DNA of 64,000 nucleotides, from contig JAFGJZ010000167.1 of assembly GCA_016928815.1 (NCBI GenBank), forward strand, positions 478 through 64,477, given 5' to 3'. Each line of letters starts with the position of its first letter. Position 1 is the first letter of the stretch. Made by a program: the position numbers and the translations under genes. Below, piece after piece: positions 29,686-40,655 of this stretch. The stretch comes from Spirochaetota bacterium. Its GTDB lineage: Bacteria; Spirochaetota; UBA4802; JAFGJZ01. The notes below the pieces were generated by a model. That model did not search any database, was not told where the DNA came from, and saw nothing but the letters and a program-made list of their open reading frames with translations.

Positions 29686-30678
29686 TCAGATTTTACGGAT
29701 TATTTCATTAATAATTCTGACGGCATTTACTCCATCTGTAATATCTGAAACAGGAACCAAACCCGGATCTTTAAAGCATCTCACTGCATCTTCAAACATC
29801 CGGATAAAATATCCGCTGGTACTGAAATTGACATCCTTATTCATAAGCGAATAAAAGTTTTCATAATATGGACTCTCTCTGCTCTCAAACTCGTCGTAAT
29901 AACCGTTTCCGGAAATTATCCTTCCTTTTTCAAAAGATAAATCAGTTTCAAATAGAAGATATTCCCGGCCTCTGGCAAATTCCATCTGAATGTAAATTTC
30001 AGAACAGTGTGCATAAACTGAAACATGACCTTCTTTCTCAGAACCTGTGATATCATCAATTCTTAGGCATCCACCTGATAAATAATTAATAAGATCGATG
30101 ATATGGGTACCGTCATCATAGATCATGCTTTCTAAAGAACGTTTCCGTCCCATGTACATCTTTGAGTTAATGGAAAGAAGTTTTCCGTATCTGCATTCAT
30201 TTATATTTTTTTTTATTCTTTCAGTCTGCTGAGTATACCTTCTTTCATGATTTACGATTATTCTGGAATCTGATTTTAATGACATCTTTTCAATTTTTAC
30301 AGCATCCTTTAAATTATCAGAAACCGGCTTTTCTACAATAATTACAGGTATTTTGGATTCAATGGCTTTCTCAAGAATATTTTTATGCGTTTCAGGGGGA
30401 GTGGCAATATGAAGTATGTCTATGCGGTGATTTTCAAGCATTTGAGACAGCGAAGTATAGCAATCAGGACAATTCCAGTCATTTTTGAAATTACTGCATT
30501 TAGCTTCATCAATATCACATCCGGAACTCAGGACGCATTCCTTATGAGCAGATATAACCCCGGCATGTGATGCCGGTTTCTCACGTTTTCTGTCAAATTC
30601 CAATGTTGATCCTATTCTGCCAAGTCCCACAATTGCACAATTAATTTTTTTAGTTTCCATAATATAATTTTCGGACAT
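29686..30678 (-). CDS. Gfo/Idh/MocA-family NAD(P)-dependent oxidoreductase
   Basis: N-terminal Rossmann fold INCAIVGLGRIGS. ILHIATPPETHKNILEKAIESKIPVIIVEKP matches the characteristic Gfo/Idh/MocA motif (…V.I.TP...H......A...GKHVLCEKP). Confidence 0.7.
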   Translation of the reverse strand: MSENYIMETKKINCAIVGLGRIGSTLEFDRKREKPASHAGVISAHKECVLSSGCDIDEAKCSNFKNDWNCPDCYTSLSQMLENHRIDILHIATPPETHKNILEKAIESKIPVIIVEKPVSDNLKDAVKIEKMSLKSDSRIIVNHERRYTQQTERIKKNINECRYGKLLSINSKMYMGRKRSLESMIYDDGTHIIDLINYLSGGCLRIDDITGSEKEGHVSVYAHCSEIYIQMEFARGREYLLFETDLSFEKGRIISGNGYYDEFESRESPYYENFYSLMNKDVNFSTSGYFIRMFEDAVRCFKDPGLVPVSDITDGVNAVRIINEIIRKI

Positions 30679-30772
30679 TTCAATTTTAAAATGAAATTAT
30701 TTGACTTCAATTCATTTATTTTCTTGCATTATAATTTACACTGCAACATAATACAGAATTGAAGGTGGACAC

Positions 30773-31678
30773 ATGAACATATCTGATCAGTTAAAAGATA
30801 AAGGAGTCGAAGTTGCCTCTCACATTTTTGAAGAACTCAAAAAAGGGAATAAACACGGCATAGAACTCGCTGAAGCATACGTAAAAGAACTTATTGAAGA
30901 AGTAAAAAACCGAGGTGATAAAGATCAATCTTATCTCACTCTCCTGCCCGTCAAAAACATGGACAACTATACGGCCGTGCATTCAATAAATGTTACGATA
31001 ATTTCAATTATTTTCGGATTCAAATTAAACATGGACAACGATCAGATGTTTGAACTCGGGATGGGAGCACTTCTTCATGATATGGGAAAAATCAACACTC
31101 CTGATCATCTGCTCTGGCAGCAGGAAGGTGCTGATGATTATGAGAAAACTACCATCGCAGAGCATCCGAAATTCGGAGCACACTGGCTGAGTACAAATTC
31201 CATGTTAACGGATTCCATAATTGAGATTATTAAACATCATCATGAGGATTACAACGGAAACGGTTATCCCGCAGGCATAAAAAATTCCCTGCTTAGCGAA
31301 ACCGTTAAAATAGTAGCACTCGTAAACTGGTATGAATTTCTAACTTCAGATTTTTCATCAAAACCTGCAATATCTGCACGAGAAGCATGCTTTAAAATTT
31401 CAAAAGAATCCAGTAAAAAATTCTCCCAGAAAATAAGCAGCTCCTTTCTAAGCATAATGGGACCCATGCTTCTGGATGGACCTATTTTCCCAAAAAAAAC
31501 ACTTATACTTTTAAATACAAAAGAAATTGCGGCTGTTCTTAATACGAGAAATTTCAGTGATATTATGCCGGAAATACTTGTAATCACAAATCCTCAGGGT
31601 AAAAAACTGGAACGCCCGCTTAAAGTTGACTTAAAAAACGATGATCACCGTTTTATTTTAAAAATTCTTCAATCCTGA
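30773..31678 (+). CDS. HD-GYP domain c-di-GMP phosphodiesterase
   Basis: HD motif ALLHDMGK. HHEDYNGNGYPAGI matches the HD-GYP signature HHE..DGSGYP. Confidence 0.8.
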   Translation: MNISDQLKDKGVEVASHIFEELKKGNKHGIELAEAYVKELIEEVKNRGDKDQSYLTLLPVKNMDNYTAVHSINVTIISIIFGFKLNMDNDQMFELGMGALLHDMGKINTPDHLLWQQEGADDYEKTTIAEHPKFGAHWLSTNSMLTDSIIEIIKHHHEDYNGNGYPAGIKNSLLSETVKIVALVNWYEFLTSDFSSKPAISAREACFKISKESSKKFSQKISSSFLSIMGPMLLDGPIFPKKTLILLNTKEIAAVLNTRNFSDIMPEILVITNPQGKKLERPLKVDLKNDDHRFILKILQS

Positions 31679-31778
31679 AAATATTTCCGAATATTTTACT
31701 TTGTGTTTACATTGTATTAAATAATAGTATTGATACTAAATTGTACTAAATTTAATGTCATAGAAATCTAATATATAC

Positions 31779-33323
31779 ATGGATACGATGAATAATTTAA
31801 ATGATAATAACATTTCGGATTTTTTCTATAAAATCGGTGAAATTTTCGCTTCAAAAAGGGATATTGACAAGATTCTTGAAAATATTCTCATATCTCTTTC
31901 AGATTTTTTTCATTCCGAACGGAGTATGATTCATATTTACAACACTGAATCAGAAGAAATGCATGCGGATATTTACCATGGATATCAGCCGGAAGAGATA
32001 AAACGCGGTGTTTATAAATCCGGTGAAGGTATCATAGGCCGGGTATCAGCAACAGGCGAACCTGTTTTAATAAAAGACATCAGCAAAAGCACGGAATTTC
32101 TTAATAAAACCGGAGCAAGGGATCCGGAAAAGGAAAGCATCGCTTTTATCTGCATTCCTATCAAAATAAGCAACAAGGTCATCGGTACTCTCAGTGCGGA
32201 TATAACAAAGGATAAAACAGTTTTAAGCCTTGAAGATATTTTTGAGTATATAAAAATACTGGGGATCATGATTGCAAACCTTCTTAATGACAGAAAAGTG
32301 ATGCTTGAGGCTGAAAGAAAACTGATTGATGAAAACCGTAAACTGAAAATAAAACTCAACACTATACGGCCTAACTCCAAGCTTATTGGAGAATCGGGCA
32401 TTATGAAGGAATTATATGAGAATATCCTTATGGTCGCAGAAACTTCAAGTACGGTTCTCATTACCGGAGAAAGCGGAACAGGAAAGGAATTAATAGCGGA
32501 TGCGATACATAACAGCAGCAAAAGAAAAAACGGTCCTTTCATTAAGGTTAATATCGCGTCACTGCCTGACAATCTGATAGAAAGTGAACTTTTCGGTTAT
32601 GAAAAAGGTGCTTTTACCGGAGCATATACTGCAAAACCAGGAAGATTTGAAATGGCGGAAGGCGGCACTATTTTTCTGGATGAGATCGGCGATCTGTCCT
32701 ATCCTATGCAGGTTAAGCTGCTCCGGGTTCTTCAGGAAAAAAACTTTGAACGTGTCGGAGGCACCAAAACAATTTCAATTGACATCAGAATAATTGCAGC
32801 AACTCATCAGAATCTTGAAGAAAAAATCAAAAAGGAACAGTTCCGTGCAGATTTATACTATAGACTGAATGTTTTCCCGATTCATTCACCATCATTACGC
32901 GACAGAAGAACAGATATTCTGCTATTGACTGATTATTTCATTGAAAAATATTCAATGGAACTTAATAAGGACGTTAAACGGATAAGTACTGAAGCCATTA
33001 ATATGCTGACAGCCTACCACTGGCCTGGAAATGTCCGGGAACTGGAAAACTGCATCCAGAGAGCGGTAATTGTAAGCCGTGAGGAAGTAATCAGAAGCTA
33101 TCATCTTCCTCCGACACTACAAATGGCAAGTAAAAGCGAAAGTTCACATGCAAAAAGGAATTATGATGAAATCATACGCGGTTATGAAAAAGAAATAATT
33201 ACCGATCACCTGAAAATGACTGCCGGAAACATTACTCAGGCCGCAAATATTTTAGGTACCACCAAAAGGATTCTTACATATAAAGTTAACAATCTGGGAA
33301 TTGACTATAAAAAATTCAGATAA
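31779..33323 (+). CDS. Sigma-54-dependent transcriptional activator with N-terminal GAF domain (GAF-AAA+-Fis HTH)
   Basis: Walker [15 protein letters not shown] motif (EKGAFTGA). Walker [10 protein letters not shown]. Arginine finger region. C-terminal [26 protein letters not shown]-like N-terminal about 160 aa. Confidence 0.9.
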   Translation: MDTMNNLNDNNISDFFYKIGEIFASKRDIDKILENILISLSDFFHSERSMIHIYNTESEEMHADIYHGYQPEEIKRGVYKSGEGIIGRVSATGEPVLIKDISKSTEFLNKTGARDPEKESIAFICIPIKISNKVIGTLSADITKDKTVLSLEDIFEYIKILGIMIANLLNDRKVMLEAERKLIDENRKLKIKLNTIRPNSKLIGESGIMKELYENILMVAETSSTVLITGESGTGKELIADAIHNSSKRKNGPFIKVNIASLPDNLIESELFGYEKGAFTGAYTAKPGRFEMAEGGTIFLDEIGDLSYPMQVKLLRVLQEKNFERVGGTKTISIDIRIIAATHQNLEEKIKKEQFRADLYYRLNVFPIHSPSLRDRRTDILLLTDYFIEKYSMELNKDVKRISTEAINMLTAYHWPGNVRELENCIQRAVIVSREEVIRSYHLPPTLQMASKSESSHAKRNYDEIIRGYEKEIITDHLKMTAGNITQAANILGTTKRILTYKVNNLGIDYKKFR

Positions 33324-33352
33324 AAAAAAACAGCCCGAAGGCTGTTTTTTTA
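33322..33352. terminator. Bidirectional terminator between the sigma54 activator (+) and the flotillin operon (-)
   Basis: AAAAAAAAA-CAGCC-cgaa-GGCTG-TTTTTTT. Confidence 0.75.
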
Positions 33353-34705
33353 CTCAGGTTTATTTTTAATTTTTTCAGGGACCTTTTTCTTTACTTCTCC
33401 CTCGGCAGTTGTTTTGCCGAGATAATCAGGAAGATCAATGCCTGCCATTTCCGCTACGTCATGCAAGGCAGGAAGAGACTTGATCATACCGCTTAAAAAA
33501 TTAGCCGTGGATCCTTTTTCTCCGTTTCCGGAATCCCAGACAGTTATTTTATCAATTTTGATGTTCTTAATTGCTTCTGTCTGCAGTTTTACTATTTCCT
33601 CCAGTTTTTCAACAAGAAGCAGTGTAGCTGCATCCTTTGCCTGGTTTCCGCTTGCAGCGACAAGTTCGCGGTATCCTTTAGATTTAGCATCAAGTATTTT
33701 CTTAATACCTTCCGCTTCAGCATTTTTCTGAGCCAGTAATGCATCAGCGTTTCCATTCGCAATTTCCCTGATTCTGGCTGCTTCAGCTGAAGCTGAGATC
33801 TCAATTTTACGTTTATCAATTTCTTTCTGAACAATTTCTTCGGCCTCAAGCCTTTTCAGTTCGGCAATTGCTTTTGCTTTCTGTATTTCTGCTTCAGAAT
33901 TCTGTCGGGCTACCTCACCGCGCCTGTTGGCTTCGGCGGATTTTTCCTCAAGATCGGCATTATATATTGAAATATCGGCTTTGGCTGAATTTTCACCTTT
34001 TACAGCTTCAGCATCATATTTTGCAATTTGTATTCTCTGTTCCTTCTCGGCCATTGCAGCTCCGACTTCTCCGTTTCTTGTGTTTTCCGCCACATCCACT
34101 TTTGCCTGATTAATTGCACTTGAAGCGGCTTTCTTTCCTATACTCTCAATGTAGCCTGATTCATCCGTAATATCAGTAATATTTACATTTATTAATGTAA
34201 GACCGATCTTTCTTAATTCAGCTTCAATATTATTTCTTATTGCCAGTAAAAATTTTTCACGGTCCTGATTAATATCCTCGATTGTTAATGAGGCTACAGT
34301 AAGCCGCAGCTGCCCGAAAATTATTTCAGTTGCCATTGTCTCGATGTCTTTTTGAAGAAGATTCAAAAGACGCACTGCCGCATTGTTCATTGATTCAGGT
34401 GTCGTATCAATTGCGATTGTAAAAGTACTTGGAACATTTATTCTGATATTCTGCTGAGACAGCGCCCCTTTTAACGGTATGCTTATTGTCATGGGAGTCA
34501 GATCCAGAAAAGCGGAATCCTGAATCAAAGGCCATACAAAAGCTCCTCCTCCATGATAACATCGTACTGATTTTCCGCTGCCGACCTTTCCAAAAATCGC
34601 CAGTATCTGATTGGAAGCACATCTTTTGTATCTGCTTGCAAGAAACATAATCAGAACAAAAAAGAAAAATGTTCCGGCTAAGATAGCAATTAACAAATAA
34701 TTCAT
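33350..34705 (-). CDS. Flotillin-like SPFH/band-7 protein (YqiK/FloT-like)
   Basis: N-terminal TM. SPFH core. Long Ala/Glu/Lys-rich coiled coil with flotillin-type EA repeats (…AEAARIREIANGNADALLAQKNAEAEGIKK…). Confidence 0.8.
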   Translation of the reverse strand: MNYLLIAILAGTFFFFVLIMFLASRYKRCASNQILAIFGKVGSGKSVRCYHGGGAFVWPLIQDSAFLDLTPMTISIPLKGALSQQNIRINVPSTFTIAIDTTPESMNNAAVRLLNLLQKDIETMATEIIFGQLRLTVASLTIEDINQDREKFLLAIRNNIEAELRKIGLTLINVNITDITDESGYIESIGKKAASSAINQAKVDVAENTRNGEVGAAMAEKEQRIQIAKYDAEAVKGENSAKADISIYNADLEEKSAEANRRGEVARQNSEAEIQKAKAIAELKRLEAEEIVQKEIDKRKIEISASAEAARIREIANGNADALLAQKNAEAEGIKKILDAKSKGYRELVAASGNQAKDAATLLLVEKLEEIVKLQTEAIKNIKIDKITVWDSGNGEKGSTANFLSGMIKSLPALHDVAEMAGIDLPDYLGKTTAEGEVKKKVPEKIKNKPE

Positions 34706-34720
34706 TTATATCTCCATCAT

Positions 34721-35329
34721 TTATATTTTTATTACTGCCACAGTAGTATTGTTTATAACTTCAACAACCTCAACAGTACAAAATGATTCAATTGTTGAGT
34801 TATCATAAGAAACAGCATCAATTTCCCTGGTTATTTCATCATTTGAAGTAATTTGAATTTTGCCGCCTTTTTCGGCATCGATCCGCTGATAAACATTTCC
34901 CTTTTTACCGACAAGGTCATTTATGTTAAAAACACTTCCGCTGCTGGCAAGTTTCATTGCAAATTTAAAAACATATGCTGTCGCAATCATTGCAGACATT
35001 CCAGCTAAAAAAGCGAAAAAAACTGAAATAGCCTCTTCAAAAAGAAACTGTCTGTGTGCAGCAAGACCTATCCAGCCGAAAATCATAATGAAAGCTGTAA
35101 TTGAATTTATTGAAAGGATGTGAAATGAGTCAAGACTGTCTGAATTATCTGCATGTACAGAATGTGCCCCGTCAGAAGAAATATCAGAATGCATTGAAAC
35201 ATCTGATGATGCATCGGCATCAAAACCTCCTGCAACAATCATTACAATGACACGTAAAATGAAAAAAACCGAACTGAAAACGGCTAAGATAAAAAATATG
35301 TAATCAAGAAAATTAAAATCATTAAACAT
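34721..35329 (-). CDS. NfeD/YqiJ-like membrane protein (flotillin partner)
   Basis: Two or three TM helices followed by a C-terminal beta-rich (OB-like) tail. Sits immediately upstream of the flotillin gene with a 15-nt gap, the canonical yqiJ-yqiK arrangement. Confidence 0.55.
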   Translation of the reverse strand: MFNDFNFLDYIFFILAVFSSVFFILRVIVMIVAGGFDADASSDVSMHSDISSDGAHSVHADNSDSLDSFHILSINSITAFIMIFGWIGLAAHRQFLFEEAISVFFAFLAGMSAMIATAYVFKFAMKLASSGSVFNINDLVGKKGNVYQRIDAEKGGKIQITSNDEITREIDAVSYDNSTIESFCTVEVVEVINNTTVAVIKI

Positions 35330-35675
35330 AACATTTCTCCAGATTTATTATAATCTGGCATAGGTTAATAAATTTTACAAGATAAAATTTAATTTATTTT
35401 CGACCGGTCGGACGGAATGTACTTTTTTTAAAATTTTTTTCTTAAAGCTTGACCATTCAGGCGCCATGAATTTCATGTCATTTATTGATATATTTTATAT
35501 TCATCCCGATATAAATATTTCAATTCCAATGGATATTGTAAAATGATGTCCAGCGAAATAGAAAGATAAAACCTGTTTACCCCTTTTAATATTTATCTTT
35601 CATAAGGTACCCGAACCTGAATCTTTTAACATTTAACGGGTATCTATTTGCGGAATATCCTCCGAAAATCCGCAA

Positions 35676-35713
35676 ATGAAAAATCCTGTGATAACTCACA
35701 GGATTTTTTTTAT
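35676..35713. terminator. Rho-independent terminator at the 3' end of ftsK
   Basis: AAAAATCCTGTGA-taac-TCACAGGATTTTTTTT (10-bp stem, A/T runs on both sides). Confidence 0.75.
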
Positions 35714-35728
35714 CTCTATTTATTCATT

Positions 35729-37906
35729 TTAAATAAGTATTTCACGCGGCTTGCTTCCCTGGGCAGAACCGATATATCCAAGTTCTTCCATACGCTCAAT
35801 TATTCTTGCTGCACGGTTATATCCGATACTGAGACGTCTTTGAAGATATGAAGCTGAAGCCTTTCTTGTTTCTTCAATAATCTGAAGAGCCTCAACAAAA
35901 AGATCATCCTCGTCCTCTCCGCTTGCTGCTGCAAGTTCATCATATTCATTAATAGTTTCTTCAATATCAATGTATTTCGGACGTCCGAATGATTTAGCAT
36001 GCTGAACTATCTGAATTATTTCATCTTCCGAAATATATGCTCCCTGAATTCTGACAGGAAATGAACTCATCGGAGACTGATAAAGCATATCCCCTTTTCC
36101 CAGCAGTTTTTCAGCACCATTCTGGTCAATAATCGTACGTGAATCATTTTTCTGAGCTACCTGAAATGCAATACGCGCCGGGAAATTAGCCTTAATAACT
36201 CCCGTTATTACATCAACAGACGGCCGTTGTGTTGCAATTATCAGATGTATCCCGACAGCTCTTGCCTTCTGAGCAATTCTGGTAATATAATTTTCGATTT
36301 CTTTCGGTGCGACCATCATTAAATCAGCAAGCTCATCAATTATAATTATTATATAAGGAAGTTTCTCAACTTCATCTTTACGTCTGTGAGATTCCATTTT
36401 CTGATTAAACCGCTCAATATCCCGTGTTCCATGCTCAGAAAGCAGACGATATCTCCTTTCCATTTCGAGAATAGCCCATTTTAAAGCACGTGGAGACAAA
36501 TCAGGTTCTGTAATAACTTCACACAGCTGATGAGGCATTCCATTATAAAGCTGAAGTTCAACCATTTTCGGGTCAATCATAATGAACCGGATAACAGAAG
36601 GATCATAATTAAAAACAAGACTTGAAATTATAGTATTAACAAGAACCGATTTACCGGCTCCTGTGGCACCTGCGATCAAAAGATGCGGCTGTTTTTTAAG
36701 ATCCAGCATAACCGGTTTACCGAGAATATCTTTCCCAAGTGCAACTTTAAGAACCATGTTGCAGGCTGCATGCTCTTCGGATTTAAGAATATCACCGAGA
36801 GTTACACTTTCACGATGAAGATTCGGAACCTCGACACCAACAGCGGATTTTCCCGGTATTGGCGCAACAACACGAACCCTCGATGCAGCCAGCGCCATTG
36901 CTATATCATCTGAAAGACTTACAATTCTGGTGACTTTTATTCCGGGTGCAATCTGCATTTCATATAAGGTAATAACCGGACCCCTGTTAACTTTAACAAC
37001 CTTGCATTCTATTCCGAAATCTCCAAGGGTTTTTACCAGAAGCTGACTGTTTTTACGAATCTCGCTCTGCCAGCTTTCCTCATTGCTTTCTTTAGTCATA
37101 TTCAGGAAATGCATTGGAACAATATAATCCTTGTTTACTTCAATATCACCAAATACCTTTTCGTTCTTTTTATCTTCAAGAGCCTTTATCTGTCTTTCTT
37201 TTTCAATCTGATAAAGATTTTTACCGCTATTTCGCTCGGTTTCCTTCATTTTCCCTGAATCAGCAGCAATGGTTCTGTTCACGCCTGAGATAAACTGTTC
37301 CTCTGAATCGGGAGAAACACCTTCCTCAATTATTTTAATTCTGTTTGTTTTTACAATTTCATTTGATCCGGATATGGATTCTTTGCAATTTAATTCTTCT
37401 GTCTGATTCGCAGAAGCGGAATTTTTTTCGGAAATAATTCCGGTTGGTTTGTAATTTTCTATTACGGGGAAATCATCATCCTCAATGTTATTATTAAAAT
37501 AATCGACCTCTTCCTGATGAAAATCCGATTCTTCTGCAAATGATAGTTTCTCAGTATGAATAACCGGATTATATTCAAAAGGATTTGTCGAATCCTCTTC
37601 ATCTCTGCAGAAGCTGTTTACTGATTCAGGCAGAATATTTACTTTTTTAGGTTCTTTCAGAGAATGACAAGGCAGACCTGTTGCATAACGGCGCTTCATA
37701 GCTGCATCATCAAGCTGGTTGCCTTTTTCATCTACCAATACAGTTTTTTTTACGATCCACGGCAGTTTATCCGAGGAGGCAACTGATTTATCAAGCCTGT
37801 TTAAAGGCGGTTTTTCAGTTTCACGAATCGTAGTTTTTGTAATTATATTTTTAAACAATGACTGCATACAATCTCCAATAGCAAATGTTCCAGAGTGATG
37901 AAGCAC
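35729..37906 (-). CDS. ftsK: DNA translocase FtsK/SpoIIIE (motor alpha/beta plus gamma winged-helix domains), lacking an N-terminal membrane domain
   Basis: Walker A GATGAGKS. FtsK beta-domain motifs (PYIIIIIDELADLM, RAVGIHLIIATQRPS). Gamma domain ...SASYLQRRLSIGYNRAARIIERMEELGYIG. The first 330 aa or so are acidic/hydrophilic with no TM helix. The reading frame is closed by a stop at 37922. The start is a GTG at 37906 or an ATG at 37867. Confidence 0.85.
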   Translation of the reverse strand: MLHHSGTFAIGDCMQSLFKNIITKTTIRETEKPPLNRLDKSVASSDKLPWIVKKTVLVDEKGNQLDDAAMKRRYATGLPCHSLKEPKKVNILPESVNSFCRDEEDSTNPFEYNPVIHTEKLSFAEESDFHQEEVDYFNNNIEDDDFPVIENYKPTGIISEKNSASANQTEELNCKESISGSNEIVKTNRIKIIEEGVSPDSEEQFISGVNRTIAADSGKMKETERNSGKNLYQIEKERQIKALEDKKNEKVFGDIEVNKDYIVPMHFLNMTKESNEESWQSEIRKNSQLLVKTLGDFGIECKVVKVNRGPVITLYEMQIAPGIKVTRIVSLSDDIAMALAASRVRVVAPIPGKSAVGVEVPNLHRESVTLGDILKSEEHAACNMVLKVALGKDILGKPVMLDLKKQPHLLIAGATGAGKSVLVNTIISSLVFNYDPSVIRFIMIDPKMVELQLYNGMPHQLCEVITEPDLSPRALKWAILEMERRYRLLSEHGTRDIERFNQKMESHRRKDEVEKLPYIIIIIDELADLMMVAPKEIENYITRIAQKARAVGIHLIIATQRPSVDVITGVIKANFPARIAFQVAQKNDSRTIIDQNGAEKLLGKGDMLYQSPMSSFPVRIQGAYISEDEIIQIVQHAKSFGRPKYIDIEETINEYDELAAASGEDEDDLFVEALQIIEETRKASASYLQRRLSIGYNRAARIIERMEELGYIGSAQGSKPREILI

Positions 37907-38021
37907 TTCAGTAAAATCACCCTACATGATAATATCGGTAAAAATTCGAAATTGATTTAGCATTTATACGGCATGTAAACAAAGAAAACAGGTTCAAATT
38001 AACGGCATGCCCGGATATTTA

Positions 38022-39263
38022 TCAGAAAGCCTCGTCAGAACCGATATCATATACTGATCCCTGACGGATTTGAGAATCCGCATCCTCTACAACTTCCGCA
38101 AGTATCATTCCGGAATTAATTGCTCCTTTAGCTTTTGACCTGAGATGAAAATCACCTGTTTTTATATTTTTAAAATAAGAATTATCTGCATGCTCAAAAT
38201 TTGAAGTTAGAAAAATGACATTTTCATCATCAGTAAGAATGCTGCTATTTGTAAGATTGTTAATAATTCGGCTGCTATCACAGTTAAATCCGCATTCAAT
38301 TGAATGAATATCATTTCCGTCAATAAACACAGTATTATTATATACTTTGGTGTTAACCGCCTCAGAAAGACTGATACCGGCGGATAATGTAACATGAATT
38401 GTATTATTCACAAGAATACCGTTATAATGCGGGCTTCCGTCCATTCCTAAAGTTATGCCTTTCTGACAATTAAGTATTCTGTTATTTTTAATAATAGTAC
38501 CGTCAGCGTGATTATATAAACAGATCAAACCCGGAGATTTTTCTGCATTATATGCTTTGATATTTTTGAAAATATTATCCCTGATTTTCCAATTCTGACC
38601 TCTCTGTACATCAATGCCGGTTACGGAAGATCTGGATTTGAAATTATCAGTATATTCAAAAAGTGAAAACTCAACAACACCGGAATCTGCATGATTCCCC
38701 GGTTTCTGACTGTCCCAGGACGCTAATATCATAGATTCGGAAATATCAAAAAAACAGACGTTTGATACAGTTAAAAAATCACCTTTATTTTCATTCTCAC
38801 CTATGATTTCTATACCGATTTTCCGCGAGCGTCCGATGGAAACATCACATATAGTAAAATGATTTCCTTCAACACGGAAAAGCACTTCAATACCGCCTTT
38901 TCCACGATTTGAAGTTCCTCCTGATATGATAACATTTTCTCTTGAACCTGATTCACTGCGGATAGTAACATTATTGCCCGAAATATATAAAGGTTTATCC
39001 AGTAAATATACACCATCTTTAATTATGACAGTAATATTATTATCAGATATGATACTGTTTAATTCTTTAAAATCCTCTTTAGATGAGATATATTTAACAT
39101 TTTTACTGTCTTTTCCGGAAAATGGATAATCAGCTCTGCTGGACGGTTCACTTGGGACATATAATTCATCAGCAACTGTCATTTTTATTGAAGGGACATT
39201 AGCCGCGCCTTCACATGACCACAAAACAGGCAAAATGAATGAAAACAGAATTAATCTTTTCAT
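38022..39263 (-). CDS. Lipoprotein with right-handed parallel beta-helix repeats (pectate-lyase/NosD-like fold)
   Basis: Lipobox ILPVLWSCEG with SD (start 39263). Repeated …N.TI…G…I.. units (GNNVTIRSESG, NNRILNCQKGITLG, VNNTIHVTLSAGISL, NNTVFIDGNDI). Confidence 0.55.
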   Translation of the reverse strand: MKRLILFSFILPVLWSCEGAANVPSIKMTVADELYVPSEPSSRADYPFSGKDSKNVKYISSKEDFKELNSIISDNNITVIIKDGVYLLDKPLYISGNNVTIRSESGSRENVIISGGTSNRGKGGIEVLFRVEGNHFTICDVSIGRSRKIGIEIIGENENKGDFLTVSNVCFFDISESMILASWDSQKPGNHADSGVVEFSLFEYTDNFKSRSSVTGIDVQRGQNWKIRDNIFKNIKAYNAEKSPGLICLYNHADGTIIKNNRILNCQKGITLGMDGSPHYNGILVNNTIHVTLSAGISLSEAVNTKVYNNTVFIDGNDIHSIECGFNCDSSRIINNLTNSSILTDDENVIFLTSNFEHADNSYFKNIKTGDFHLRSKAKGAINSGMILAEVVEDADSQIRQGSVYDIGSDEAF

Positions 39264-39432
39264 CGGAAGTCCCCCTTTATTCACATACTTAATTATAGGA
39301 AAAAAGGAAATTTTATTAAATATGCTTTTTGGCATAGAAAACTGAAAAAACGAAGAAAAAGATGATAAAAATTTTCCGCCAGGATTTATTTTTCTATTTG
39401 ATTATTATCTTCATGCGCATAATTCTGACATA

Positions 39433-40593
39433 ATGCTGTTTATAAAAAGAAATAATACTGCCGGCAACGACCTGATATATAGAAAACTCCAGCAACATCT
39501 GGACAGCATGCCTATTCGTTATCCACGCGTAAAATCCGGAAAAGATATTAATATATTAAAACACTTCTATTTGCCTGAAGAAGCGGAAATTGCGTTGGGA
39601 ATGAGTTTCAAAATGGAAACAGCTGAAGAAATTGCTGCCAGATTAAAACATAAGGATATTGAAGAAGTCCGCACGCATTTATATAACATGGTCAAGAAAG
39701 CCTCCGTAATTTACAGAAAGGAAAATGAATTATTCGGACTTGTTCCGTTTGTAGTAGGAATGTTTGAATTTCAAATAAAACGGATTTCTAAAGATTATTT
39801 AAAATTAACCTTTGGATATATAGCGGAAAGATTTGCTTTTGAATTTTTAACTACTAAAAAACCTCAGACAAGAATAATTCCTCTTAATCAGAAAATTGAA
39901 AATCAGCATAAAATCCAGAGTTATGATGAATATTTCAATCTGATTAAAAATTCAGCCGGCCGTCTGGTTGCTATAGACTGCATCTGCAGAACGGCAAAAG
40001 ACCATTTTGGAAAACCATGTGAAATTTCAGACCGCAGAGAGACCTGTCTTGCATTACGGGATTATGCGGACCTTGCTGAAATTAATGAATGGGGAAGAAA
40101 AATTTCATTAGAAGAAGCTATGGACCTTGCCCGACAGAATCAGGAAGAGGGTTTGGTCATTCAAAGTGCAAATGATCAAAATCCCAATTTCATATGCGCA
40201 TGCTGCAAAGATTGCTGCGGATTGTTATCCATGTTTAAGGCAGTGCCTCATCCTGCTGAATACGTTGCATCAAATTATTCAGCATCTGTGGATATGAACA
40301 CATGTGTTGGATGCACATTATGTGTAAAAATCTGCCCCATGGATGCCATTTATATTCATGATAAAAAAGCATTTATTCTCAAAGACCGTTGTATTGGATG
40401 CGGTGTCTGTACAATAAAATGTCCTAAAAATTCCATTTCTCTCATCCCGAGAAAGAAAAACACAGTTCCGCCTGAAACCGTAGATGATCTTTATGATGAA
40501 CTATCAAAATCAAGAATAAATCCCGATAAAAAAGCAACCCTGATATTTCGTTTCATTAAACAGATTATTATAAAAAAATTCAAAACTGGCTGA
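39433..40593 (+). CDS. 4Fe-4S dicluster ferredoxin-domain protein with Cys-rich N-terminal domain
   Basis: Two CxxCxxCxxxCP motifs (CVGCTLCVKICP and CIGCGVCTIKCP). Additional Cys clusters CICRTAKDHFGKPC and CACCKDCCG. Confidence 0.6.
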   Translation: MLFIKRNNTAGNDLIYRKLQQHLDSMPIRYPRVKSGKDINILKHFYLPEEAEIALGMSFKMETAEEIAARLKHKDIEEVRTHLYNMVKKASVIYRKENELFGLVPFVVGMFEFQIKRISKDYLKLTFGYIAERFAFEFLTTKKPQTRIIPLNQKIENQHKIQSYDEYFNLIKNSAGRLVAIDCICRTAKDHFGKPCEISDRRETCLALRDYADLAEINEWGRKISLEEAMDLARQNQEEGLVIQSANDQNPNFICACCKDCCGLLSMFKAVPHPAEYVASNYSASVDMNTCVGCTLCVKICPMDAIYIHDKKAFILKDRCIGCGVCTIKCPKNSISLIPRKKNTVPPETVDDLYDELSKSRINPDKKATLIFRFIKQIIIKKFKTG

Positions 40594-40655
40594 TTTTGCA
40601 TAAAAAGTTTTAAAATTATCCCTCCTGTAATCGTTATAATTATGGAGGTACTTTT

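Noticed and set aside
30690-30772. Possible sigma54 (-24/-12) promoter near TTGCAT upstream of the HD-GYP gene
   Set aside because: No GG-N10-GC pattern with correct spacing. It looks like an ordinary TTGACT...TATAAT region.
35648-35851. 67-aa ORF spanning the ftsK terminator
   Set aside because: It overlaps the ftsK 3' end and a strong terminator hairpin, and has no SD.
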